A stretch of DNA of 64,000 nucleotides from assembly GCA_951406725.2 (NCBI GenBank), contig OX597843.1, positions 5,580,001 to 5,644,000 of the forward strand. Reading direction: 5' to 3'. Numbering within the stretch: the stretch's first letter is position 1; every line of letters begins with the position of its first letter. The notes under the pieces were generated by a model. It made no database searches and was not told the DNA's origin. It saw nothing but the letters and a program-made list of their open reading frames with translations. The translations under genes were made by a program, and so were the position numbers. The stretch comes from Octopus vulgaris (taxonomy: Eukaryota). Positions 12,681 through 22,708 of the stretch are shown here, in pieces.

Positions 12681-15600
12681 ACCAGTCGCTATGATAGATT
12701 GTTAGCCACTACACACATTTTTTTCTCTCTTTGTTTCTTCTGTGTCCCTTTCTGTAGAAGAGCATAGGCTCGAAACGTAAAAGACTTCGAAACGTGGAGT
12801 AGATGAAACAAAGGCGACTGAAGAAGGGGAATTTTCCTTGTTTTGTATGTCCTGTACTCTATTTTTTCGTTGTTTAAGAAAAATGTCCATTTCCTTGGTT
12901 TTGTGTTTATGTTTTCGTTTCTCATTGTGTTCGACGTTTTTTTGGTGTCCTGTACTCATATATGCATGTATATATACATGTAGAGGTAGGTACGTACATA
13001 TATGTATGTATATATGCATATGCTTTGTTTATTATTTTTATATATATATATATATGGTTTTGTGTACATGCACAAATGTGTATGGTGAATGAATGTAGAC
13101 AAAGCTAGAAGGTACATTATTTACATCATTTACATTTGACAGATATTTGTCCTCATCTTGTTTGTTGTTAACGTTTTGGCTGATATACCCTCCAGCCTTC
13201 TTCAGGTGTCTTGGGGAAATTTTGAGCCTGGCATATAGCGTAGTGGTTAAGAGTGCGGGCAACTAACCCCAAGATTCCAAGTTCAATTTCAGGCAGTCCT
13301 GAATAATAATAATAATAACAACATCAAAAAATACCTATTTCTTTATTACCCACAAGGGGCTAAACACAGAGGGGACAAACAAGGACAGACATAGGTATTA
13401 AGTCGATTACATCAACCCCAGTGCTGTACTTAACTGGTACTTAATTTATCGACCCCGAAAGGATGAAAGGCAAAGTCGACCTTAGTGGAATTTGAACTCA
13501 GAACGTAACGCAGATGAAATACCGCTAAGCATTTCGCCCGGCGTGCTAACGTTTCTGCCAGCTCGCCGAGAACCCAGGTTCGAAATTTTCCCAAGACACC
13601 TGACGAAGGCTGGAGGGTATATCAGGCGAAACGTTAAGTGTTAACAACAAACAAGATGAGGACAAATATCCATCAAATGTAAATAATGTAAATAATTCTT
13701 CATTGAGGAAGAGAGAGGGAAAGAAGGGACAAGCCCCCTACCTGCGAAAGGCTCTGCATGCCAGCACTGCTGCATCGCTGTCGATTAAACATCGACCGTC
13801 GCTACTCAGGTTGCCGGGGGTCAGGCACTGGTGACCGATCGCCATGGAGATTACTTCTGGTTTATTATCTGAAGAACACAAACGAGAAAACATTTCGGAT
13901 ATGAAAAAGGTCTGTCAATGATGGCTTTGGAATGGCTTAAAAAATCTGGCATCTTTTCTTCCACCCGTCCACCCATTTTAACCCACCCTGTATTCCATGG
14001 AGGGATTTAAGGGTAGAATCCACTGAGCAGAATATCTGGGCTGGATATGGGCTTAAAAAAGTTATATATCTATACATGAAGCAATGAAGACCTATTGAGT
14101 CAAGTACATCAACACCAACATCAAAATATAAATCAAATGGAAATTATAGTTAAGATACCCATGCCGATGGCATGTAAAAAGCACCATCCGAACTTGGCAG
14201 TTGCCAGCGCCACCTGACTGGTGTCCGTGTCGGTGACACATAAAAGCACCATCTAATCGTGGCCCTTTGCCAGCCTGCTCTGGCCCCTCTGCTGGTGGCA
14301 TGAAAAAGCACCCACTACACTCATGGAGTGGTTGGCGTTAGGAAGAGCATCCAGCTGTAGAAACACTGCCAGATCAGACTGGAGCCTGGTGCAGCCCCTG
14401 GCTTCCCAGACCCCGGTTGAACCGTCCAACTTGTGCTAGCATGGAAAACGGACGTTAAACAATGATGATGACCAGTTTTTCATTGGAGGGCAATTAGAAA
14501 ATTTTACTGTGGGATAGATAAAATTTGTGTACCACACGAACCCCCATCGCCCACCTCACACCAGACCGCCATTAAAAAGAATAAAAGGGGATGAAGAACA
14601 AAAAAAAAAAAAAAAAACGGAAGAGAAAATGAGAATTCCTCACCGGACACAAGGATGACGGCTGCCACAGACTTCCTTCGGTAACGTAAGACTGAATACT
14701 GTTCGAGATACATGTACAGGTGGTTGTAGACGAGGTCGGTGAACTGTTGGCCCAAACTTTTACCTTCTGGTGCCACTTCCTAGAAGACAGGGGAAGGAAA
14801 ACAATGACACACACACACAAAACATGTTTACAGAGTGGGCCAAAAGTCATGCACCAAAACCCATCCGACATTACATCATTGTAATTCACTGCAACATGGT
14901 CTTTGCTCAGTGATCTTGGTGCAGGACTTTTATATTAGATTATATTCGATGATGGACAAAAAAATATATTGTTGCATCTCACTGAAATGTTTAATTCTGG
15001 GAGACAGCATGCGTGCCTCAGCAGGCCATCCTCATCCTTAAATGTCTGTCCAAATACACCTACATACATACACATGTATACACACATATGCACACACATA
15101 TGTACACACACGTACATGCATATACACATACGCACATATACACACACATACATACATATGCACATACACATGCATGCACACACACACAAATGCACACACA
15201 TGCATACACACACACACATGCAGATACATACATATATATACATGCATCATGCACACACACTTATATACATAAACACACACACTTGCATACATACATATAC
15301 GCATATACACATGCACACACACACATGTGCATACATACACACATAAATGCATAGATACATACATATATATACACACACACATGTACATATATACATACAC
15401 ACACAAGTGCATAGATACATTTATATACACGCATGTATGCACACACACACACTTATATAAACACACAAACACACACACACTTGCATACATTCATACATAT
15501 ATACACACACGTTCAACAGGCTTCTTTTCAATTTCTTTCATCCTAATCCACTGACAAGACTTTGGTCAGCCTAGGGCTGTAAAAGAAGACTTGCCTAGCA

Positions 15601-18600
15601 AAGTACCACTCGGTGGGACTGAACCTGGAACCTGGACCCCCACAAGAGCACAACAAAACCTACCTGGGCATATCTAATGTTCAGTTTTTCGAGGGCAGCC
15701 ACGCCGGCCAACCGCTTTGCCTCTTTCTTATTTTGTGCGACCGCCTCAACAAAATATTCGTTGTTCAACATCACACAAGCCTTGAAGCTGAAAATACACA
15801 ACACAGATCGCACAGTCAATGAGGGGTCACTCAATATGCTAAAAATGCCAGCTAAACCTCCCTTCGTTTACATATGTGTCTAACAAAGTTATATTGAGGG
15901 TTTTTGGTTTTGCGAAATACGGAAACCACCCATTGTAATTTTAACCCTTTTGTGTTCAAACCAGACAGATCCAGTCTCTCACACCTACCCTACAATGTCA
16001 TTCTAAAAATAAACAATAACAATCTTCAAAATCTCAAAGCTATGAGATAATCCAGGATTAAATCAAAACAATGTGGATAAATAAGGATTAGATTTGACAG
16101 GGTGATCTGAATGCTAAAGGATAATACATGCATAAGACATATGGTGTGGTTTGAGGGAGATTTGGCTGCTATTTCTAACAGGCTTAGCTACCATGTAGAG
16201 GTCTCCCTCATTGCTTCATACATATATATAATCCTTTAACATTTAAACTGGCTATATCCAGGCCGAATATTCTACTCCTTTCATGTTCAAACTAGCCATA
16301 TCTAGCTTCTCACACCTACCCTACAATGTCATTCTGAAAATAAACAATCACATCATTGAAATCTCAAAGCTATGAGATAATCCAGGGTTAATTAAAAACA
16401 ATGTGGATAAACAAGGATTACATTTGACAGAGTAATCGGAATGGTTAAAGGGTGATACATGCATAAGATGCCCTCTGACTGGCTCCCCCGTTTTATCCAC
16501 TCCCCGTTTCAAACGTAAACCCATGCCAGCATGGAAAACAGACATCAAACAAAGATGATGAAGACGATGACACACACATACACAGACATTAAAATATACA
16601 CTATTATACCGCCTTACTGGCACCTGTGCCCCGTGCTAGTAGGGTGCTAAGAGCACCATCCGAGCATGGTTGTTGTCAGAGTGGCTAACTGGCTTCCGTG
16701 CCAGTGGCACGTAAAAGGCACCATTTGAGCGTGATTGTTACCAGCGTCACCTTACTGGCACTCGAGCCCCGTGCTAGTAGGGTGCCAAGAGCACCATTCG
16801 AGGGTGATTGTTACCAGCATCACCTTACTGGCACCTGTGCCATTGGCATGTGTAAAAAGATTTGAACGAGGTTGTTGCCAGTACTACCTGACTGGCCCCT
16901 GTGCCGGTGGGACGTAAAATCACCCACTACACTCTCAGAGTGGTTGGCGTTAGGAAGGGCATCCAGCTGTAGAAACTCTGCCAGATCAAGATTGGAGCCT
17001 GGTGCAGCCATCTGGTTCGCCAGTCCGCAATCAAATTGTCGAACCCATGCTAGCATGGAAAGCGGATGTTAAACGATGATGATGATGATGATATACTACA
17101 CTGAAATATGCACTAAACATTATACAACACACACAGAATCAAACTACAGAGAGAAATAGATGGAGGTGTTCTTACCCCATTGGACCACGTTCGTCTCCAA
17201 CGACGATTTCGCAGGATTTCCCTGCTGCCAGCGCATACTCATAGAGCTGAGTGACCGAGTGTTTTTCTGCTGTTTTGCCAAGGTCGAGGGAAGGTTGGCT
17301 GTTGGTCACGGTTTGGGAGACACATTCTGTGGATAGAGAGAGAGAGAGAGAGAGAGGGATATACAGATAGGGGTCAATGCCTGGAATAAACACACTAGAT
17401 TAATTACTGACAAAATTATCTTATCAAATACTTCGTTATTATCTAAATTAATTAAAACAAAAACAGTGTATTTCAACAGAAGTATCCTCGTCCTGTGAAG
17501 TGGCTTGCAGATCTTTCCATCATGTTTCTGGGTTCAGTCCCACTGTGTGGCACCTTGGGCAAGTGTCTTCTATAGCCATGGGCCAACCAAAGACTTGTGA
17601 GTGGATTTGGTAGACTGTGTGGTTCAGAAGTCAAATCCTCGACCATCCAACCATGCCTGTCCCTATCAATTATCTTCACGGATTACAATAAAACAAAACT
17701 AGACACTGGACTTACTTTTGATACCAACCCATCTGAGACCATCCCCACTAGTTCTGTTTTACAAATTTCTTCTTTTAGTGTGACCTGAATTAAAACCTTC
17801 CAGAAAGATTTCATGTTAATTTAGGATCTGAACACCAGATTAATTAACAACAAAGTTGTTTAACTAAATTCATTATTTTCAAAATTAACTGAAAAAAAGG
17901 CAGGGTATTTCAACAGAAATATTGGGCAAGACTTCTGACCGTCCCCTACAAAAACCACCCTTTAAAAAAAAAAATTTTTTTTTGACACAAATCCCCCTTC
18001 AGCTACGGGGAATACAAATCCGCAAAAAAAAATTGGCAAAAATAGACATTTCTAAATGACCACCCCCACCCACATTTCCTTCATTTAAAATTTTTTTCTG
18101 ATTTTTTTTTCAAAATATGCAGAAAAATACGGAGATTATGATTCAGACAAAAATTTCAAAACATTTCTCTACTTTCGGTTAGGGTTTTTAGGGTTGGGGT
18201 TTTAGGTCTGTCTGGATCAGAATTGACCTGGGACTAAACTACAACAAGGAAGGACACAAAGAATGTACTTTGAACTACATCATGTTTGAATTAAAAAAAA
18301 CAAGATGGTCACATCTGGAGCGTCTTTGATCATCGATCTGTCTGGATCAGGACTGACCCAGAGCACAACAAAGCACTTACCGTTTCCATTAGATTTCTGC
18401 AAGACACCAATCTCAAAAGCTTTGATCGCAGCATTCGTCTTGGCTTCTTTCTTGGTGTTCCCGACACCCTGCGGGTACATCACATTGTTTATCTCCACCT
18501 GAACGGCGAAGATGGCCAGCGGGTGTTCTCGTGAAGGAAGGACATCGACTTCGTGGAAGGAGAGCTGGGGAAAGAAACAAAAACAAGGTCAGCTGTATTA

Positions 18601-19793
18601 AGGGGTTTTACTTGTCTCTGACATTAGAATGTGGCTGTGCTGGGGGCGTTAGAATGTGGCTGTGCTGGGGGCGTTAGAATGTGGCTGAGCTGGGGCCGTC
18701 AGAATGTGGCTGAGCTGGGGCCGTTAGAATGTGGCCATGCTGGGAGCGTTAGAATGTGCACAACAGGCGAACCACAACAGACCAAGTGCACGACAGGTGC
18801 ATCACGAAATGCAAGGGGTTACTGTATGTGTGTGCACTTTGCATGTACCACGTCCTTGCATTGTTTTTCGTTTATATATATGTGTGTGTGTGGAGGCGCA
18901 ATGGCCCAGTGGTTAGGGCAGCGGACTCACAGTTGTAGGATCGCGGTTTCGATTCCCAGACCGGGCGTTGTGAGTATTTATTGAGCGAAAACACCTAAAG
19001 CTCCACAAGGCTCCAGCAGGGGGTGGTGGCGATCTCTGCTGTACTCTTTCACCACAACTTTCTCTCACACTTTCTTCTGTTGGCCTGCTCGCTTAGCCAG
19101 CAGGGTGGTGTCATTTGAAGGCTAAAAAACAATGCGAAGCGCATTGTGACCAGCGATGCATAGCAACATCTGATGGCCTGGTCGGTCACGGTGATCATAT
19201 GATATATATATATATCATCATCATCATCATCATTTATCATCCGTTTTCCGTGCTAGCATGGGTTGGACGGTTCAACTAGGGTCTGGGAAGCTCGAAGGCT
19301 GCACCAGAGTCCAGTCTGATCTGGCAGTGTTTTTACAGCTGGATGCCCTTCCTAACGCCAACCACGCCGAGAGTCTAGTGGGTGCTTTTTATGTGCCACC
19401 GAAACAGGTGCCAGATGAGGCTGGCGAACGGCCACGCTCGGATGGTGCTTTTTACGTGCGTATTTATGTATCTATGAATGAATGTGTATACATGTAAATA
19501 TGCTTGTGTATATGCGCATGTATGTATATACATGTGTGTGTATGTATATGCATATTAGTTGTGTTTGAAAGAAGTACCTTAACTTTCCTCTGACTTGCAT
19601 ATTCATGAAGACACTGCACAGGGTTTTTCTCTTTGGATTGGTATTCCTTAATAAGGGTCTCCGATGCCCTTGCTAGTGTGCAGCTGACTGGGGCACTGTT
19701 GGGCGGTGCTTTTGATAAGCCTGGAATATATGGTTGATTGGGTGGGGTTTTTTTCTCGTAGTGTTTCTGGCCTGATTCCATTCCTTGGTACAT
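3380..19793 (-). CDS. ADAD1: ADAD-like (adenosine deaminase domain-containing, ADAR family) protein, 627 aa, 11 coding exons: 19793-19578, 18564-18381, 17326-17176, 15787-15664, 14779-14644, 13868-13742, 11000-10833, 9340-9231, 6268-6083, 5138-4904, 3626-3380
   Basis: All ten introns are GT-AG and the phases chain without a stop (1884 nt = 628 codons). It encodes two dsRBDs and an A-deaminase domain (FHLFLSDPPSGD, MSTCDKILKWNVLGVQG, LNW, SRLCKAAML, WVRKP). LIKEYQSKEKNPVQCLHEYA and SPTQSGATMSSRLCKAAMLRRF resemble vertebrate ADAD1 as I recall it. ADAD1 versus ADAD2 orthology is not resolved. Confidence 0.9.
3771..4145 (+). repeat. ~100-bp tandem repeat (x4) related to the RTE tail
   Basis: Unit cacctgtgctggtgcca...ggaagggcatccagct...aaaactgacct. 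Confidence 0.75.
4904..5138 (-). CDS. ADAD1: ADAD-like coding exon 10
   Basis: ttttccAG|CC ... GA|GTGAGT. Encodes HGHLSRAVCCRL...YSINHP...LALNWAKGQDKIELTNGLTG. Confidence 0.9.
5195..5840 (-). mobile_element. RTE 3'-end copy with ~67-bp tandem array
   Basis: Reverse complement of the 33400-33783 tail; the unit ccaccggcacggaagccagtc...ggtgcttttt repeats about 5 times. Similar tails at ~12200-12370, 14090-14470, 16610-17090, 19220-19460, 33940-34380, 39420-39730, 52950-53210, 59030-59570, 61400-61515 and 63580-64000. Confidence 0.8.
6083..6268 (-). CDS. ADAD1: ADAD-like coding exon 9
   Basis: ttctgcAG|GT ... TTG|GTAAAT. Encodes QLQVMSTCDKILKWNVLGVQGCLLTKIMAPFYFSSITL. Confidence 0.9.
6306..7287 (+). 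mobile_element. Two tandem non-autonomous Helitron-like elements (6306-6791, 6795-7287)
   Basis: Each starts A|TC-(TA)n and ends with the hairpin CCCGAGCAACGCCGGG followed by CTAG|T. Confidence 0.75.
7470..8850 (+). mobile_element. Rearranged concatemer of RTE-like LINE ORF2 C-terminal fragments
   Basis: LLYGSESW...RLRWLGHALRR...GGQRKTW occurs about 3 times with internal sub-duplications. 7473-7503 is the reverse complement of 8541-8572. Confidence 0.85.
9231..9340 (-). CDS. ADAD1: ADAD-like coding exon 8
   Basis: ttgtAG|G ... ATG|GTGAGT. Phases (2 in, 1 out) fit both neighbours. Encodes PSALLTHEDNEEIARGVHKPAFEESDHGALSLRYTD. Confidence 0.8.
10833..11000 (-). CDS. ADAD1: ADAD-like coding exon 7
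   Basis: tccttcAG|G ... AA|GTAAGT. Encodes YLYLELQRYL...VKKDVTFHLFLSDPPSGDYSIF. Confidence 0.88.
11103..11609 (-). mobile_element. Non-autonomous Helitron-like element, same family as 6306-6791
   Basis: Reverse complement of 6306-6791, with CTAG end at 11103-11106. Confidence 0.75.
11610..12025 (+). mobile_element. BovB-like RTE 3' fragment
   Basis: YGCETWTLKKADQKRINAFEVWCWRRLLRIPWTAR...EKDIMLG...RGRPRTRWLD. Confidence 0.8.
12398..12630 (-). mobile_element. LINE (RTE-like) 3' fragment; near-identical copy at 55845-56082
   Basis: RRVQFAGHC...LLWKP...AMMDREVWR with a (TGA)n tail. Confidence 0.75.
12690..13695. mobile_element. Penelope-like terminal-repeat remnants with degenerate hammerheads; inverted pair 13113-13230 / 13570-13692 around a SINE
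   Basis: 12748-12783 (+) reads CTTT-CTGTAGA-A-GAGC-ATAG-GCTC-GAAAC-GTA-AAAG. 13595-13642 (+) reads GACAC-CTGACGA-AGGCTG...CAGGC-GAAAC. An inverted copy lies at 13165-13210. Confidence 0.45.
13742..13868 (-). CDS. ADAD1: ADAD-like coding exon 6; degenerate HAE motif (DSDAA)
   Basis: ttcttcAG|AT ... AG|GTAGG. Encodes PEVISMAIGHQCLTPGNLSSDGRCLIDSDAAVLACRAFR. Too short for the ORF track. Confidence 0.85.
14644..14779 (-). CDS. ADAD1: ADAD-like coding exon 5; start of deaminase domain
   Basis: tcttctAG|GAA ... CCG|GTGAG. Encodes QFTDLVYNHLY...RRKSVAAVIL. Confidence 0.85.
15664..15787 (-). CDS. ADAD1: ADAD-like coding exon 4; rest of dsRBD2
   Basis: attttcAG|C ... CAG|GTAGG. Encodes FKACVMLNNEYFVEAVAQNKKEAKRLAGVAALEKL. 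Confidence 0.9.
17176..17326 (-). CDS. ADAD1: ADAD-like coding exon 3; linker and start of dsRBD2
   Basis: (ct)n-ccacAG|AA ... GG|GTAAG. Encodes KHSVTQLYEYALAAGKSCEIVV. Confidence 0.85.
18381..18564 (-). CDS. ADAD1: ADAD-like coding exon 2; rest of dsRBD1
   Basis: ttccccAG|CTC ... ACG|GTAAGT. Encodes LSFHEV...YPQGVGNTKKEAKTNAAIKAF (KKxAK motif). Confidence 0.9.
18624..18757. repeat. 25-bp minisatellite, ~5.5 copies
   Basis: Unit ttagaatgtggctgtgctgggggcg. Confidence 0.85.
18891..19200 (+). mobile_element. Second tRNA-derived SINE family
   Basis: Head ggaggcgcaatggcccagtggttagggcagcggactc...ttcgattccc with A/B boxes. Copies at 4434-4730, 44441-44745 and 49960-50230 (-). Confidence 0.8.
19578..19793 (-). 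CDS. ADAD1: ADAD-like coding exon 1 (exon starts at 19808, ATG at 19793); N-terminus and start of dsRBD1
   Basis: Acceptor cttccAG|G at 19809/19808, donor AAG|GTACTT. Encodes MYQGMESG...KNPVQCLHEYASQRKVK. Confidence 0.8.
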
Positions 19794-20384
19794 TTTTGGT
19801 AATGGTACCTGGAAGAAAGAGGAAGAATATACAGTAATGACTCAATATACAAGTTAATTTGTTCCCAAAGACTGCTCGTTAAGTGAAAACTCGTAAAGCA
19901 GAGCAATAATTTCCCACACAAGCAATGTTATAAATCATAATTCATTCCCAGGAAAATATTTTACCAAAAAATTTATAATACTCTCTTTTACTTGTTTTGG
20001 TCATTTGACTGCGGCCTTGCTGGAGCACCGCCTTTAGTTGACCAAATCGACCTCGGGTCTTATTCTTTGTAAGCCCAGTACTTATTCTATCGTTTTTTTT
20101 GCCGAACCGCTAAGTGACGGGGAAGTAAACACACCAGCATCGGTTGTCAAGCAATGCTAGGGGGACAAACACACACACACAAACACATACATATATATAT
20201 ATATATATACATATATACGACAGGCTTCTTTCAGTTTCTGTCTACCAAATCCACTCACAAGGCTTTGGTCGGCCCGAGGCTATAGCAGAAGACACTTGCC
20301 CAAGGGTCCACGCAGTGGGACTGAACCCGGAACCATGTGGTTGGTTAGCAAGCTACTTACCTCACAGCCATGGCAATAAAACAA

Positions 20385-20585
20385 CAGTAGAATGTAAAGA
20401 ATATTTTGTGTAAAGTAAAAACAATGTAAAGACCCTGCGTATGGAGAGGGTGCCATAGCTGAAAGAACCGCTCGTGATTGGTGTGCCAAGTTCAAAAATG
20501 GAAATTTTGACCTCAAAGACGCACCTCGTTCTGGCCGTCCAGTTTGATGAAGAGCGATTAACCTTACTTTTGTATGAAAATTCTT
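20385..20585 (+). mobile_element. Mariner transposase N-terminal remnant
   Basis: YGEGAIAERTARDWCAKFKNGNFDLKDAPRSGRP. Confidence 0.75.
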
Positions 20586-21214
20586 GCAGGAGAGGCTGCG
20601 TAGTAAGTAGCTTGCTTACCAACCACATCGTTCCAGGTTCAGTCCCACTGCGTGGCACTTTGTGCAAGTGTCTTCTACTATAGCCTCGGGCTAACCAAAG
20701 CCTTGTGAGTGGATTTGGTAGACGGAAACTGAAAGAAGCCTGTCATATATATATATATATACCTAAGCGTAGGAGTGGCTGTGTGGTAAGTAGCTTGCTT
20801 ACCAACCACATCGTTCCAGGTTCAGTCCCACTGCGTGGCACCTTGGGCAAGTGTCTTCTACTATAGCCTCGGGCTGACCAAAGCCTTGTGAGTGGATTTG
20901 GTAGACAGAAACTGAAAGAAGCCCGTCGTATATATGCATATGTGTATATATATATGTGTGAGAGTGTATTTTGTCCCCCCCCCCCACCCAGCATTCGCTT
21001 AACAACCGATGGTGGTGTGTTTATTTTCCCCGTAACTTAGCGGTTCGGCAAAAGAGACTGATATAATAAGTCCTGGGATCGATTTGCTCACCTAAAGGTC
21101 GTGCTCCAGCATGGCTGTAGTCAAAAGAGTAAATGTCAAGAGAAAATGGAAAGCTCCCACGCTGCTATTCGCTCCACACCGAACGTTTCTGTTCGGTTTA
21201 ATTCTTCAAGTGTG

Positions 21215-21271
<57 letters not shown>

Positions 21272-21349
21272 CTTGTGTAGGAGTGGCAAATCATACGAGA
21301 GACATCTATGCGTTAGAAAACAGAGACGATTACACTCCCAACATAGCTC

Positions 21350-21420
<71 letters not shown>

Positions 21421-22010
21421 GCGTGTGTGGTGCTCCAGCATGACCATATCCGCATGGCCGAAACACGTCAGATAAATACGGAGAGAATATATGCGGATTT
21501 GCCTGCGCATGTGTGTAGAAATAAATAAATAAATAAATATATATACACACACACACACGTTTTGATTAGACTCCTGTCAATTATTTATTAAAGACATGAT
21601 TATATATCCTCATTCTTGTGCAGTATTTTTCCTGTCACAATCACCATAGATATGTGTATATATATATGTATGTATATGTATATGCACACACGCAAAAAAA
21701 CTGGGAGTGGTGAAGTACTAAATACGAAACGTAGAGTTTATTAATGGAAGAAAAACAGGAATTATATTCACCCTGTTTATCACTCCGAATTTCACCTTAA
21801 TTGCTTTCCCATCCATTATGTGTGTATATATATGTCTTATCTTTTAATTGATTATTCACTGAGCTGCGGCCACGTTGGGGCACCGCCTTAAGGACTTTAG
21901 TCAAACAGATCGCCCGAGTACTTTCACACACAGACGTCCGTATATGCGTACGTGTACATTATACATACATATATGCATATATATATATATGTAAACTACG
22001 TACGTGTGCG

Positions 22011-22041
<31 letters not shown>

Positions 22042-22125
22042 TATATATGCCGTCTAAGAATCCATAAATCAGAAAAGATATTCACTCGTATATTTGTCAA
22101 TAGAGTGTGTATAATAATCGAAGTG

Positions 22126-22177
<52 letters not shown>

Positions 22178-22617
22178 GAATGTATATGTATATATATATA
22201 TATATATACGAATGTATATGTATATATATATGCACGGATGTATACAGATGAAGAAGAAAAACGAACAATATATGAATAGAAACACCTATGACTTAATTAA
22301 GAAATTCAATTTAATTACATAATTAATTTAATTGATATATATGAAAGCAATTAAGGAGATTAAATAAATAAAAAAAGCGGAGATGCGAGGCCGATGAGAG
22401 AACAGGATCTGAGCTGATTTCAGAAGGTAACCCCCCGTCCTTATGGAGACCCGAACAGAGGCAGACAAGGGGTCGTTTGTGGGCAATAGGGGCCGCGGTG
22501 TTGAGAGATAGGGGCCATCCCAGCTGATATGGGTGCAGCAAGTTGGTTGTTCAAAGGGTGTGAAATATGAATTAAATATAAATGAAAGTGGGGGGAATTA
22601 GTTGAAAATTGTCTTAC

Positions 22618-22708
22618 CCGGGAATTCCGGAACACGCTCGACGTGAAATGGTGAAATTTAGTTGTCTTCTCTTTGCTTAAAATAACGGCCAAAAAGGAAG
22701 AAGGACGA
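22618..22708 (-). other. Candidate 5' UTR exon of the ADAD-like gene
   Basis: Strong minus-strand donor CGG|GTAAGA at 22618/22617 in unique, CpG-containing sequence, with a pyrimidine tract near 22710-22735. A second donor (TGG|GTAAGG) lies near 23097. No transcript evidence. Confidence 0.35.

Noticed and set aside
18891-18970. tRNA gene-like sequence (also 44441-44520)
   Set aside because: Head of a multi-copy SINE that continues into SINE body; not a standalone tRNA.
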